Shown: positions 48,621 through 63,626 of the stretch, one piece after another
How the letters are laid out: every line of letters starts with the position of its first letter
Numbering within the stretch: the stretch's first letter is position 1
Source of the DNA: Chrysomallon squamiferum
Taxonomy: Eukaryota > Animalia > Mollusca
Assembly: GCA_012295275.1 (NCBI GenBank)
Contig: CM022675.1
Span: 17,422,001-17,486,000 of the forward strand
DNA: 64,000 nucleotides
Direction: 5' to 3'
The notes under the pieces: model-generated
Told to the model about the DNA's origin: nothing
Database searches by the model: none
The model's input: the letters and a program-made list of their open reading frames with translations, nothing else
Position numbers and translations under genes: made by a program

Positions 48621-49572
48621 ACAAGATCACTGTGTAAGTGCATTTCATTTCACTATAAACAATATCATGCCAGATACTAACCCCACTTCCAACATAAATT
48701 CTTTATTTTCCACAAAAGTGTGTACTGTTACCAATCGCTGAGGAAAACCTCCACATTTTTCACTGTTTATCTAGATGTGGAGCAACTGAGAAGCTCCTGT
48801 GCAATATATTAAAGTCATAATCATTATTTAGTTTTGTATAAAAACAAATTAAATAGATTGTATAATAAACTGAACATTTATTCTAACACTAATTAGTTAA
48901 TCCAAATAATAATCCAGTATTAGAATACCAATACAGACTATAATAACCGCTTGTGGGAGAACAGGGATTAAATCGATGAAACGTAAGTATTAACAGATCA
49001 GTTTTCTTCTAATCCATCCCAGTGCTTAATGGCCTTTTTTATCAACTGTATGCATTGCTTTTGTGGATGTTTTTTTTTTTTTTTTTTTTTTGCATTGATG
49101 GTGAATACATATGTAAGTACCTATTAAATCATTTGTGACCAAATTGAATAATATTTTATCAATTTCGTCAATAATATTAGTAACTTAAAGACCGTGATGC
49201 GTAATTAATGTTACATGCCCGCGGGATTATTTGAGTTTTGGCACGCACAATAATGCAACACCCGTCAAATTTACAACATACTTGAACATGTTTACCTTTT
49301 TACGTGTGACGATAAAATAACCTGAGATAAACTGATTCAGGTATTCTCAAACTATTTTGGAAATATTAAAACTGGTTTGGCTATACAGAAATCTACAGTA
49401 TTATTATATAGAAATGTTTATTGCTGCAGAGTGCCGTCATGCGTGCCTGTCTGTAAGTAGCAAATCCAAATCTAAATGAAGTAATAAATAATAAATACTG
49501 AGTCTTTCTGAAAAAAAAAAAATAATAATAATAATAATTTTAAAAAATTAGGTTCATATATATATATATATA

Positions 49573-49910
49573 TAGGTACCGGACCAATTATCCAGCGTCC
49601 TGAAATCCGGAAAGACCAGAAAACCGGATGATTTTTTCTGACGCTATTTTCATAGTTCGGGCGCACGGGTGTTGTCCTCACCAGACCGGAACTATTCTTT
49701 CAAGCCGCGTGGCGTTCATTCACTCGCCGTATTGTTTACATGTCGAGTCGCCACAGTTATGTATCGTCAATTTTCTTTAAGTTCTTAATTTTAAAATGTT
49801 TATGCCTAATTATTTATGTATTTAGATGATTTGGTACCAGAAAACGGGAAAATGCAGAAATGCGGAATGCCTCGGGCCCTAGGGAGTCCGGATAATTTGT
49901 CCGATACTTG
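49573..49910. mobile_element. MITE of about 340 bp (Tc1/mariner-pogo-like) upstream of the kinesin gene
   Basis: TIRs AGGTACCGGACCAATTATCC / GGATAATTTGTCCGATACTT, internal TCCGG/ACCGG motifs, inserted next to (TA)n. Confidence 0.6.
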
Positions 49911-50131
49911 TGTGTATATATTATATACATATATATATATTAAAATACACACGATTAATTTGTCGTTGCTTAAGAAAAGAAGAAAGAAACCTTCAAAATA
50001 CTATTGTAGGTAACACGACCTCCACCTTAGTTGACATTTCTGTAATCATTAAGTATATAACAGTGATATATCTGCTCAGCGAATCGAAACGGGTGCAGAC
50101 TACTAATCCATTTCAAGTCTCATTGATTTTT

Positions 50132-50218
50132 CTCCTAGCAACAGATAAACTGTTGGTCGGTTGTGGAAATAGACGTTTCGCATGTGCACCTCTTAGCAAC
50201 CGATAAACTGTTGTTCGG
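50132..50218 (+). promoter_or_regulatory. Duplicated 29-bp promoter module with RFX half-sites
   Basis: CTCCTAGCAACAGATAAACTGTTGGTCGG (50132-50160) and CTCTTAGCAACCGATAAACTGTTGTTCGG (50190-50218), 140-230 bp upstream of the kinesin ATG. Confidence 0.5.
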
Positions 50219-50358
50219 ATGAGAAGATATAAATAAGAACGTTTAATACAAGAATGCCTTTAATACTGTGTTTAGTAAAACGGTTCGTCGTCTCCCGTTG
50301 ACGGTCAGGAACACAGTTGAAGTTTCCCTAGTTGGTTTGGATTTTGTGATTTTTAACT

Positions 50359-52151
50359 ATGCCAGAAGAAAACTTGAAAGTTGCGGTGAGGGTACGCCCT
50401 TTTATATCCTCTTACTGAAGTTGTTTTGGTAAAATAATACTTAATATCTTCCTTTTTTCCTTCATAATTATAGTCATTTAATTTTTTACATATGTCATTT
50501 ATTTATGATGTAAAATCAAGAAAGAGCTTCGTGAGGCATCGACCAATCGCCCTTGTATCGCGTTTGCCGAGCGCTTGTTCAAAACGAATATTTGTTTATT
50601 TTTATTTATTATTATTATTTTTTTTTTTTTTTTTTCAATATTCCTTTTTCACTGAAGCCGACCTAAGACCTGACTTAAAAGTTTCATTTAGGTTACATTG
50701 TTAATAGTGTTTTTTAAATGAACGATTTTTTAATTAATTATTTTATTTTATTATTATTATTATTTTTTTTTTTTTCTTGTTGATTTGTGTATTTTAGGGA
50801 AAATGAAACTTGAAATGAAAATCATGAAAAATCTTTGGAAATTCAGTTGAAATTTAGTGATAAAATTTCAAGCCTTAATGGCCTTGAAATAATTAAAGAA
50901 ACACTGGTATTTACTTCTCCATCACATCTGTCCAAATTAATTAAATAAAGGAGAAGATCATTTTCCATTTCTTTCTTCATATTATTAGTCTACTTTTATT
51001 TTTTTATATTTATTCAAAAATTACTGTGATATGTGATTATTATATAAATATGTTACTTTTAAGTATTATTATTATTATTATTATGATTATTATTATTATT
51101 ATTATTATTATAGTACCTAATAATAATAATAATAATGTCCAATATTGGTTAGTCTTTGTGCTGATTAAATAAAATAGTTAGGTTAAATGTATCTTAAACC
51201 CAAACTATTATGAACTATTGTTAAATCAATGTTTATTTTGAAATAATATTGATATGCTGTTTTATTTGTAACCATGTTTTTTTAATCATAATTCGTTTTT
51301 CATTATGCACAGTATACAGTGAATGTCTGTTCACAAAATTCTGTTCGTCTGTATTTATGTGGAAAAACAAAACATAATTGTATGTGTTTGTGAGTGTGTG
51401 TATTTTATTTTACTTTGAATATTAAAACAATAATGATGACTTTGTCTGAAATACCAAATATGATCAGTAGATGAAAAAAAGTTACATTTCAGCATTATTT
51501 GTATATGATTCAAAAACATCCTTCAAAGTTAAAACTGGAAGTAATTTGTTTTTTAGTTGAATATTTGTTTCAGATTTATCAGACAGCCTGTGCAATTTTT
51601 GACTGCTGGGATTTATAAAAAAAAAAATAATAATAATAATGATGATGATGATAAAATAATATATAAAATATATATTTATGTATGTACATATGTTCTTGTA
51701 ACACCAAAATCATTCAAAAATTATCTTGACAGAAGTTTTTGTCAATATCCAGATACATAATCGCAATAATTGGCATATGGTTTTGCTGAACATATTTTCA
51801 ATCTGGAAATGCTAGTTTTTATATCATTTAGATGAACCTATCTTTCAAAACAGTATTATATTTTGAATAAAAGTAAGGATTTTAGTGTTTAGGGATGAAT
51901 AACAGGTTTTGTTTTGAGGGGTCATGTCACCCTTAAAATCTCTGAAGTCAGTCGAAACATTGTCAGACAGTCAAAAGAAATATTGTCAGTCAGACAAAAG
52001 TTGTGAAATACAGGTAACAAGATGAATGGAACATTGTCAAGCAAAAGATCGTTGATCATAATAGTGAAAAAGATTCTGTCAAAAGTACTGATAATCTTTT
52101 TTCTGTTTTTTTTCTTCTTCAGTTTTATTTTTATTTTTATTTTTATTTTTA

Positions 52152-52207
<56 letters not shown>

Positions 52208-55200
52208 TAGATGTATATTTTATTATTATTATTATTATTATTACTATTATTATTTATTGGGGGATGGGTGATGATGGGACTGAATACACTAACGAACATT
52301 AAAACAAAACAAAACAAAATGTTGTAAAAATTGTACTAAATGGCCTTGCAAAATCCTTGCAATGGATCTAATGATTTCTCATTAAGCATTTGTGCTGGAT
52401 GCATTATAATGTCAGATCCTCATCTGTATGTTAGTACTTGCATGACGTAAAAGTATATGATTCCTGCTGCTTTTACTCAATCTCCCACATAATTTGAAAG
52501 TGCTGTTAAAGGTTTTAAAAAATTCATTGCCAAAATACAATGAGCTATTTATCAAACAGCTGCAAGGTATGTAACTTAAGTACCTTCACATAGACAGGAA
52601 AATACCTCCTTTTTCCTTTGGTAATGTTGTCAGTCTACAAAATAATTCAGTGTAAGCATTAACTTTCAAGATTATTTTTTGGAGTAGTTACAAAAACTAC
52701 TTTTCAAGTTGTGAAATTGTATTAGGAAAACCTGGTTGTTTAGGTGCAAAGAAGACAAAATGTCAACCAAAAAAATCCCAACTATTGTAAATGTTAAGAA
52801 AAATTTGAGCAGTTTATTTTATATATGCAGTATTAATTTTAATCTTATTGTTGTTTCCTTTGAATTTAGATGGTAGAATATATAGTTAAAATTAAATATA
52901 TTTAACATACAAATATTGGAGCTATACAAAATACTTTTTGTATATGTAAAATTTTTAAATTTTGAAATGATCAATACCTGTATATGAATATTGATTCTAC
53001 AGTTCACATCTAATTCTTGCTAGAATCAAATGGGTTTTGTCCACATTTGTAGTAAATGTTGTGGTTTTAACCTGGATCTGATTGTTCATTTGCATTCAAT
53101 TTTTTTATTATTTATTTATTTATTTATTTATGTGATTTTAGTAAAAGTTTATATTAAAATCAGAAACATATTGCTTTGCAGAATGTTGTTAGAAGTCCAA
53201 TAACATTACTTCCATTTAGCTTTGTTATCAGAATAGCAAATTTACAAAATAGTTTGTGCTCATAATCATAACTCATATCAGAGTTTTTTAATTATTACAT
53301 CAGTCAACATCAGTAGAAATTTCTGACAAAAAAATTGGCATTATTAATAAATTATTAAGTTAACATTATTTACTTATTTATTCATTTATTTTTACTTTAC
53401 AAACTTTTTTACCGTCTAAAAACTTCACAATAAATATGATATCTCTGTTTCAAATATTTTTCTAAATGGTTGAAAAAACTGATTTCAGATAATAAATTTT
53501 GGTTTATGTGACCTAAATTTGGAAATAGAAACTACATAAAGCACAAATATATTCAGAGTTTTGCATCATTTCATATATCTATATATATATTTTTAAATTT
53601 TCTATGTAATTAAAAAAATAATAATAATAAATATATAATAATCCAACAAATAAATAAACAAAAGTAAGAACATTTGAAAAACCTGTTAATTACTAAACAG
53701 CTGAGACAAATGTGGAACAAATGATATGCTTCTGGATCTTTTCTAATTCCAAATAGTGCCCATTACAGCTGGTTTATCAAAGGCTGTAGCAAAAGCGTTT
53801 TGTATTATTTAGTGTGTGATGACAGTGATTTCCTCTTTCCATACTGATACAGTTATTAATATGGCATAATATAATCAAAAATGTAAAATATATTCAGATG
53901 ATCATTACAGAAAATGTTTCTTTCTTCCTTCCACATTATGTTTATAAACAAAAGTTAAATAAATACAAAACTGAGATATTCATCCTTAACTATTCCTACA
54001 ACAAACGTGAGCGAGATCGAAATGCCAAGCTAATTATTGACATGAATGGTCCTACAACCATCATCCAGAATCCAGAAGATAAAAATGATGAAAAAAAATT
54101 CGCTTTTGACTACAGCTACTGGTCACACGATGGATCTAAAGAGATGCCTGATGGTTACTATGGCCAAGATCCATCACACCCAAATGGCAAAAAGTTTGCT
54201 GATCAGGTAATAAACACTAATATTATTATAATAAAAACTTGAAAAAAAAAAAAAAAATGATTTAAAAATGTTAAAGTGAGTATAACATATCAGAGAAATA
54301 ATGAATATTAAAACAATTGAAATTTTTACACTCTGACATAATAAGATTATTACTTGTTTGATCAATCAGATTTTACAAATGTAGTATTTATCTGAAAAAA
54401 CCTTTTTACAGAATGAAAATAAAAACAGATAATTTAGAAATATATAATGTGCTTATCTTTAAATGTATAGAAATGTAAACAGTTATTTCCTAAAATTTGT
54501 TTTTAATTCTTCTAACAGTCTTCAAACTTTATTTTCTTTTGTTTGGATATATAGAAAAAGGTATTCAATGATTTGGGCATGGGTATTCTGACCAATGCTT
54601 GGGAAGGTTACAACTCCACTCTATTTGCCTATGGACAGACTGGGTCAGGCAAGAGCTGGTCTGTGGTTGGATATGGAATCAACAAAGGTAAATAATATTA
54701 TAACTGTCCAAAATGCTTTAAAAGCTGATATATATATATATTTAGTTCGTATTGTAGATTTTATTCCTTTTCGTAAATGATAAATAAACTGCAAAAAAGC
54801 TGATCCAAATGATTTCAGTTAAAGGATAGTAGATGTGAACTGCTAGGAGATCTTATGTTTTATGGAAATAAACCAGTTAATAATTATATATGAACCAATC
54901 TATTTTTATTAATTTTAGTGAATTGCACTTTTGTTATTGGTATGGAGTAAATTTCTATTTCCGTATTATTAGTTGTCACTAACTAATAAAACTGAAAAAG
55001 GCAACAGCAGTATGACAGAGAAACAGAAAGGCAGATTTTAATTAAGAATAAGGGGACATTAAAATAGTTTCCATTAGTTTTCTGTTTATATAATTAAGAA
55101 TTATATTTGTTTGTATTTTCGTTATCAGGCATTGTTCCACAGTTTTGTGAAAAGATTTACCAAGGAATAGATGAAAAAGTGGCAGCAGGTGATAAAACAG

Positions 55201-58200
55201 AATTTGAGGTATGTATTTAATTTAGTCACAATATTATTTCTCTGTAGGATATACTTTGAGACTGTAGTGACGTTCAAGGTCTGAGCTGAGTTTTAGTACT
55301 GTTGTGAGAAAAAATATGTTGTTAGATCAATACACTTTCACTGCATTCCTTTTACAGCCAGTGTTCCTCTGCTGATTTAACAAATTGTTTGTGTTTTCTG
55401 TCTATCCATAAAAGATTAATGGCTGTTAATTAATTCTGAAAGTGGTACCCACTCAGGTCATCATATACAATGTTTGACATTTAATATTTCTTCATAGTAA
55501 CTTTAGGGTAGCTACTGTTAAAATTCATTCCTTTTAGTGACTAAATTCTGATTTAGTGGGTTTTTCAATTGTCTTTACACTAGCAAAAATTAAATCCCAC
55601 ACACAGGGTTTAGGAGATATCACAATGAATATAGTTAGCTTAGTACAAAAATAAGAATAAATCTTTCTGATTTTTTTTAATACAAGGAAGAAGTATTTAG
55701 ATCAGAGGGAATACTCCTGAATTATGTCAGAAAGCATCTGTTTGTATGGATTTATGTTTTTAATTTTCTTAATAATAACAGTACATTTTTAATATTTAAA
55801 TGTTTTGTTTTACAGGTAACATTTAGTATGCTTGAAATCTACAATGAACAGGTGCGAGATTTACTCAATACAAAGACAAGACGAGGAGGTCTTCGAGTCA
55901 GACAACATCCAAAGGGAGGATTCTATGGTATGTATTAATTTATGACATATAAATGGCAAACCAGTGGTTTTATGTGTTACATTGTAAACTTAGTAGTATG
56001 TGTTAATTTATAAATATATATTATAAACTTAGTGGTATATGTTAATTTATACATATATATTATAAACTTAGTGGTATATGTTAATTTATAACTTGAACAT
56101 AGTAAACTTAGTGGTACGTGTTAATTTTTAAATATTTATAGTAAACTTAGTGGTATGTATTTTATAACATACACTGTAAACACACACATGTGCGCACATG
56201 CACACAGACACACACACACACACACACACACATGCACAGGAACATATTTCTGATGATTGAATACACTAAAATTAAAACTGTTACATGATTTGTAGCTGAG
56301 AATCTGAAAATAGTGCCTGTGAGGAGCTATAAGGACATTGAAAGTAAAATAGAAGAAGGAACTTTAAACAGAACTGTTGCCTCAACTAACATGAATGCAA
56401 CAAGCAGGTAACATTATTTACTGTTTACATCATTCTGTGGTATATTTTTTACATCAGTTGGGTTGTTCTTTATTCATGTTTATTATCATCACCATCATTG
56501 TTATTGCTTTCATTTTTGTTGTTATTATTAGTAGTAATAATTGTAATATCATAATTAATTAATTAATTTTCATAGATTTCAAATTAATTGTAATTCAGTT
56601 TGATAAAATTAATTTGATTTGAAAAAAAAAGGCATACCTTTTTTATTTTCATTTGTTAATAAACTTAATAGGGCAATCTTTTATTATTACCTTTATTATT
56701 ATAACCTTCAACTATTTTACTGACATGACCAATGTTATCTAATTTTTTTAGAACTGTATTAAAGAATGTATTTATTTAGATTTGTTATTTATAAATATAG
56801 ATTTATTACTAAAGATATTATAAACTATATTTCTTAATGTATAGGTCATATTTACATATAGCCCTGCATTATACTCATTTGCATATAATCAACAATATAT
56901 AGATTTACTATTGATATAAATTGTTAGCAATGTGAATCATAATTTTCAAGCAGCTCAGTATGATGGTTAGAATTTCTAAAGACCATTCAGATATATTACA
57001 ATAGTCACTGTGCCAACAAGTCAGTCAGTGGTAACACATTCTCACACTGACTGTTTGACTCACAGAGTTCTGCGTATGGTTGTGTACACTGTTGTATGGC
57101 TGTCATGACTTCAGCCAAATATTGTGATGTGATGGTTGTACTCTGTGAAAGTAGTTGTTCATCAAATGAGGCAGACTGCATTTCTGTCTTATACAGACAA
57201 TATTTGATTTACCTGTCCTAAGGTATAAATAAATTAGCAGATGTTATTTCATAATTCTGTCAAGAACTAAGAACAGTACTTTCTACTCTGGCTTCTTTTG
57301 TGTAAATTGTAAAAGATATTAATTTAGTATATAACACGTTTTTAACAGAATAGTCCATTTCAATTTTTATTATTGATTTTGTATTCATAAAAATAATGTT
57401 CATATGTACACATTGTGAATATGTGTTTTTCTTTTTGTTTGTGTATGTGTGGGTATATATGTGATACTACTTTTACATTTAACTTTTATCTATTATAATA
57501 GCTGTATATATCTGTTGTGTATGTACCAAACACACACACACATTTCCAAATCTGTGTGTTTGCATATTTACCTTAAGAATATAATGTTATAGTCATGTAG
57601 AGAATATATAATAGTGTACTTTCAAACAAGCTTTTTGTAAATTAATTTAATATAAAATTTGCAACACAGTTACAGATAGTAAAGCAGTAGGTGCTTTGTT
57701 TGGGTAATTACTATATTAATTAAATCAGCGAAGCATGCTTTTCACAGGCATAACTTATGAACTCAGCAGAGACAAACTTTTTATTATTATTTTTATTTGC
57801 CAATATTATCTCTCTCTGTAAAGTCAGTTTTAAATAAAACATACATGTAATTATGGATCTGGGGTTAGTTTGACTACATATTTCTGTGTTGATGAATAGA
57901 TTATATACACCAAATTTGGTTACTCCACACCACAGGTATTATCTACTTGGATATCAGTTCATTATGAGCTATGTTGTTATTGATTACTATCAGTAAGTCA
58001 TCAGTCAGTAATTGTTTCTGGGGTATAATACCAACAACAGAAACACAATATATAAGTCTTTGTTAATTATTTTTCAGTTCTGTATGGGCAGAGACATGTT
58101 TGCATATATTGATGTTAAGTGAATGTTATACAAGAAGTTAATTATATTACACACTCATGAAAAACTTTATACACATGACATATTGTTCCTTACTAGTCAT

Positions 58201-61200
58201 TTTATATGGAGAAAAGAAATCACAGAAAAGAGAAATTACACACACACATGAACATCAAAACACAAAAAAACAATATAATTTCTTCACAACAAAAAGATAA
58301 GAAAAAAAAGGTCCATTAGGATTCTTATTAATACTTTATTTATCCTGTTTTAATCTATCTAATTACTGTAAATAAAAACTAATGATATAAAATTAAGTGT
58401 GCACTGGTAAAAATAAAACATTGTTATCCATTACATTTTTTATGGATTAAAATCACAGGTTTGAACTTGGTTTGCAGTGTTTGATAACCTCCCCCACCAA
58501 CTACATATGACATCATCAGTGCTTCCCATAACTTCTCCATCCATCAATAGACATAAATGTAACAGCTTCTCAAAGGCTACAATATATGGTAATGAAATAT
58601 TTAACCAATGAATATTTAGTCACTTAGATTATTGTCTGGCAAAATTAATTATGAATTTTGGTATTCTTATATGAAATAGGAATTCAGATTTTGTCATCCA
58701 CAAAATGGTTTTATCAATTATCTGCAAAATTACTGTTTACTGTTCATCTTTCTACATATGATAAAACTATACACAACTAATGTAACATAGTAGTTATATA
58801 AGATACAGTTCAGTAATATGTTTTAATTGCAGTTTTATACACATATACAGTTTACTTCCAAACAGAAAATATATCTGGATTATTTTTGCCTTATGTAACA
58901 CTGAGTTGGTATTGTACCTGTAGACTAGTTGTTGTTTACTAGTTTCTAGTATTATATGCTTAGTTATCATTAGAGAGCTACAACCTTAAATTATTTCAGA
59001 TTATTCTAAAATCCAAATTAAATATGAACACTGTCTTTATGGATTTACCATTGTTACATTTGGTTTCAAAAGGGTTTTTGTTGTATTTAATTACGAGGAC
59101 TCAAAATTGACTTCTTGTTAATAAAGAATATCTTGGTTTAAAAATAATCATACATCCATTCTAAACCTAAAACTAATCCTTAACCTAATTCTAAATCTGA
59201 AAATTATTCTAAAACTAACACCATGACTATAAATCTGAAACTTACTCAAAAACTAACTCCAACAATTAGAATGTTATCTCAAACCTGAAACTAATTATAA
59301 AACTAAACCAAGTCTAGATGGTAAAATGGTTGGATTTCAAAAATGAGACACATCATCATTGTCAGATAAAATTCATGTAAAAACAGTCTAGCTTTTAATA
59401 ATCTTATATCAAGTATGGAAAAAAAGATAAGACAATTAAACAATTAATGATAACTTTAAAATAGAATCCTCCAAAGAGTGTAGATGGCCATGTATCAATT
59501 TTACAGTCTGTTAGGAATCATGAACTAAACAAAAACCTTAGCTAAGTTTTTTTAGACATTTGTAAGGCTTAAAATCCTCTAGAAGGCTTTTCAAATATGC
59601 CTGATAATCTGGAATATGTTTCAGGTCTATAATAAGTCAAGGCCATGCATGGAAGTCAAGGTCATTTTTGACTGGTTTCAAGTTGATTGGAGGTCAGATA
59701 TGCAGGAAGGTCATGATAAACATTCAGTAAAATCTAATTATAACAATTGTATAATGTTACAGGTTTGATTAATTACAGCATAATATTAGAATTCAGAGTA
59801 AAAACACCAAGGAGGGACATGTATATATAGATACAGAAGTTCAGGTTTATGATCAAATTCTGAATACAAATATGCAGATAGAAGTAATTATCAACAGTAA
59901 ATTGTACTGCATTTCAGACAACCTATTTAATTTTTTCCTGAAACATCTACAGAAGATACATAGGCAACACCCAGATTAACATTAAATTTAGGTGAAGAAA
60001 AAATGTTTAAAGGTTAGATTCTTTAAACATATGTATACAACACATATCATGGAACAGGCCATGTTGTTGATAGTGTCGTCCTTGTCCATCTTCCTGAAAC
60101 AGTCATACACCTTCTTTATATTCATCTGCTATCATCCTGCCATAAAGGTTGCTGCAATCAGAATTGTGGAAGTTTCATGAGCACTCATCCTTGCAAAATG
60201 TTTTTCAACCATAGTTGATCGGTTCCAAAATTACAGCTACTGCTGGATTGTAGACACTGACTGGGACATACTCATCCCTGACAAGCATCCACTCATTTTT
60301 TCTCTGAGGGCAGTAGGCACAGAAAAGATGTCGTATAGCTTTTGTTCCCCATAGCCACAGAGTTGGTTCATAAGACATGGGACATCAGAGTCACTCTGGT
60401 TTGAGGAAACTTCTTGGATAGCTCATTGTCACCCAGCTCATGATTGACAGCACCAGTCAACAATGATGTGTTCATCATTGTATGGTTTCACCATCCAATC
60501 CTTTCTCATCCAGGTGTGTCCTCCTTCACAGCTTCTGGAATCAGTTCTTTGATGACATGATGCTTTTCAGTGGTGCACCAACTTTGGGCATCCAATTTTT
60601 ATGGAATTAAATCTCAGTCTACACTAAAAAGTTAACCATTTATAATTAATAAATGATATCAACATAATAATAATAATGATAAAAAAAACCTTTAGAATTC
60701 ATTCAAAAGCACCACAACACACATTTATTTATTACTACTATTTCTAACTGAAGTAACATTTCTTTAATATACATATATTATTTGTAAAAAAAAATTGACT
60801 CTTCAGATATTGTGAAACAGTGTAATCTTTAATTTGTAATGATGTTTTCTATTTCTAGTTATTAATAATGAGTTATCTTATTTGTTGATTTTGTTGTTGT
60901 TGTTATTGTTATTATTACTGTTAATGATTAAGATTGATTTATGTTTAATACCACATAGTGGTTTCTTTTCAGGATGTGCATACCAAGCAATGACAATAAC
61001 ATCATGATATTACACCATTTGCTGTCTGACAAAAGTTCATTAGAGTGTTATCTAATAATATTATTTATTTCAAAAAGAAATAATTTTAATTGGAAATTAC
61101 TTTTGAATTCATTATTAAACTGTACATAAATTCTTTAAAAATTAAATTATATTTTTCTCCTTATTATTCTATTTTATTGTCACTATTATGCCAGACTAAA

Positions 61201-63571
61201 ATGAAATATTTATTTTTAGTCGAGCTCACACTATTGTAGGGATCACACTTGTACAGAAGTTTATCAATGCAGCTGGGGAAGAAACAACCAAATCTGCAGT
61301 GATCAACCTTGTAGACTTGGCTGGCAGGTAAGTGGGAAAGTTTAAATGAAAACTGTTGCTAAATATTGGTATCATATGTTAATAAAAAATTTTTTTAATA
61401 ATATCTTTAAAATGTTTGTTGTCACAATGTGAAGCAGTTTAACAAATATTATTTTAATAATAATACTTTATAAGTAAATAAATAATAAATAAAAAAACCT
61501 TTCAGAAATACAGTACTGTTTTTATATGTTTTTGCCTTTGTCAGACCACTAAAGTAGGCTAGAATGATGAAGATGTTGACTAGAATGTTGTCTGTGCATA
61601 ATAATGCTGGAAATTATAATTAAGATGAAAAAATGAATAAAATAACAAATGGATAGTAATTACCAAAGATAAATAATTTTATCTAACACACTTAATCACA
61701 GTGAAACTGATATAATACAACCTTTACAGATGTTGACACTCAGACATTCTAATTGTAATCTTTATCATATGATTACTGAACATCAGTTTACAGAATATGG
61801 GAACAAATGCTACACAAAGTATTCACTGAACATTTCATTACATTAACTTATCTTAATTTTTACTAACACATTCAAATATATATTCATATTAAATAATAAA
61901 GTAAGTTTAATATTTCTGATTATGCACAGTAGCCTTGGTGTTTGGCTTCACTGTTACTTTAAAGTATATCTGTGGAACAATAAAATAATGGCTTAAATAC
62001 TTTGTTACTACATCTATCTCCATTATTTAGTTGTTAATTTTGGATCTGGCATCCAATCTCTGCTAATAAAACATTGCAACTATGAATTTTTTTTTATTTT
62101 TTTTTGCCAGATTTTAGTTGAAATAATGTTACTCATTTACTGCATATTAAGAAATGTGTGTGTGTGTGTGAAAAACTCTTTACACATAACATATTGTTCC
62201 TGACTAGTCATTTTATCTGGAGAAAAGAAACCACAGAAAAGAGACATTACACATACACATGGGCATCAAAACACTAAAAACAATATAATTTAGTGTGTGT
62301 GTGTGTGTGGGTGGGTTGTTTGTTTGTTTGTTTATATATTTCCTCAAAGCCTCCTGGGATTAATAAATCACAAATGAAGACTGAAGTAATACAAACAAAA
62401 AAAACTGAAAAAATATTTAATAAAGGTATTTTCATGTATCAAAGCCAAATACAAAATGAAGAAACTTAGAATACACCAGTGGCATCATAATGTAGGCAAC
62501 AGAAATTCAGCCGACACTTTTAAAAATCACATTGTGTCATTTGCAGTGACTGTTTCTCAAGGAAATATTTATAAAATGTGATGTGAAGGCAGAGGTATCA
62601 TTTGACTAAAAATGCTGTACCAACTGTTAAAAACATTGATCTCTGAGAAAAATAAAAGGTAAATAAAAGGTCACCTTTACAACAATTTGTTGTTGACAGG
62701 TTTGCCCATTCCTGTTTTCACTAACATTTACCTCTTCAAATTAAGAAGAATCAGTGAAGTTGCTGTTGCTTTTCATATTTATGAAATTTGATTTCAAGAG
62801 CACTAGAAAAAACATGTAGAAAGCATACCTATATCACATCACATCTTAGCTACAAATCTAATGGGCATGAATAAAATTGCTAGATTTGATTAGCATAGTT
62901 TGGCTGTCAGGTGCAAATGCAACAGTAAGAGGGAAGTACATGCATAGATAATACATAGATAATATATTATAGTTCATTAGTTTCATTTGCATTCAGTGAG
63001 ACAACTGAAAGTGCTCTTTGTGTATATGTTAATAAAATAGTATATTCTTATTTTTAAATGGTATTTCCATGCAATGGTAAAGAAGTGAGATTGTGTATGT
63101 ATATTTAAGTTAATCTAAACATCTGGTTAATTTGGTTAATTTACAATGTTATATTTTACACAGTGAGAGAGCTGAAAGTACTGGTGCCACAGGAGACAGA
63201 CTGAAGGAAGGTGCTGCAATCAACCAGTCACTGTCATGTCTAGGCAACTGCATTGCTGCATTGGCAGAGAAGAGCAGTGGAAAGAACATCAGAGTACCTT
63301 ATCGCGATTCCGTACTCACAAAATTACTGAAAAATGCACTTGGAGGCAACAGCAAAACTATCATGGTGTGTAAAAAGAAATTTTCTCCATTTTCTGGAAT
63401 AACTGGCATTAGGTTGTAAACAAACTAAAAAAATGAAAAAACATATTTAATGATGCCATGATTAAAATGTAAGTTTAAATCAGTTTTGAGTTATCAGAGC
63501 TGGATGTATACATTATATGTCTAATTATAAATTAAAATTATTTTATATTTTATATATTTATATATACATAC

Positions 63572-63626
<55 letters not shown>

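Noticed and set aside
53898-53999. ORF-track start MIITENVS for the kinesin
   Set aside because: Intronic read-through; the N-terminus [15 protein letters not shown] is at 50359, joined through the U12 intron.
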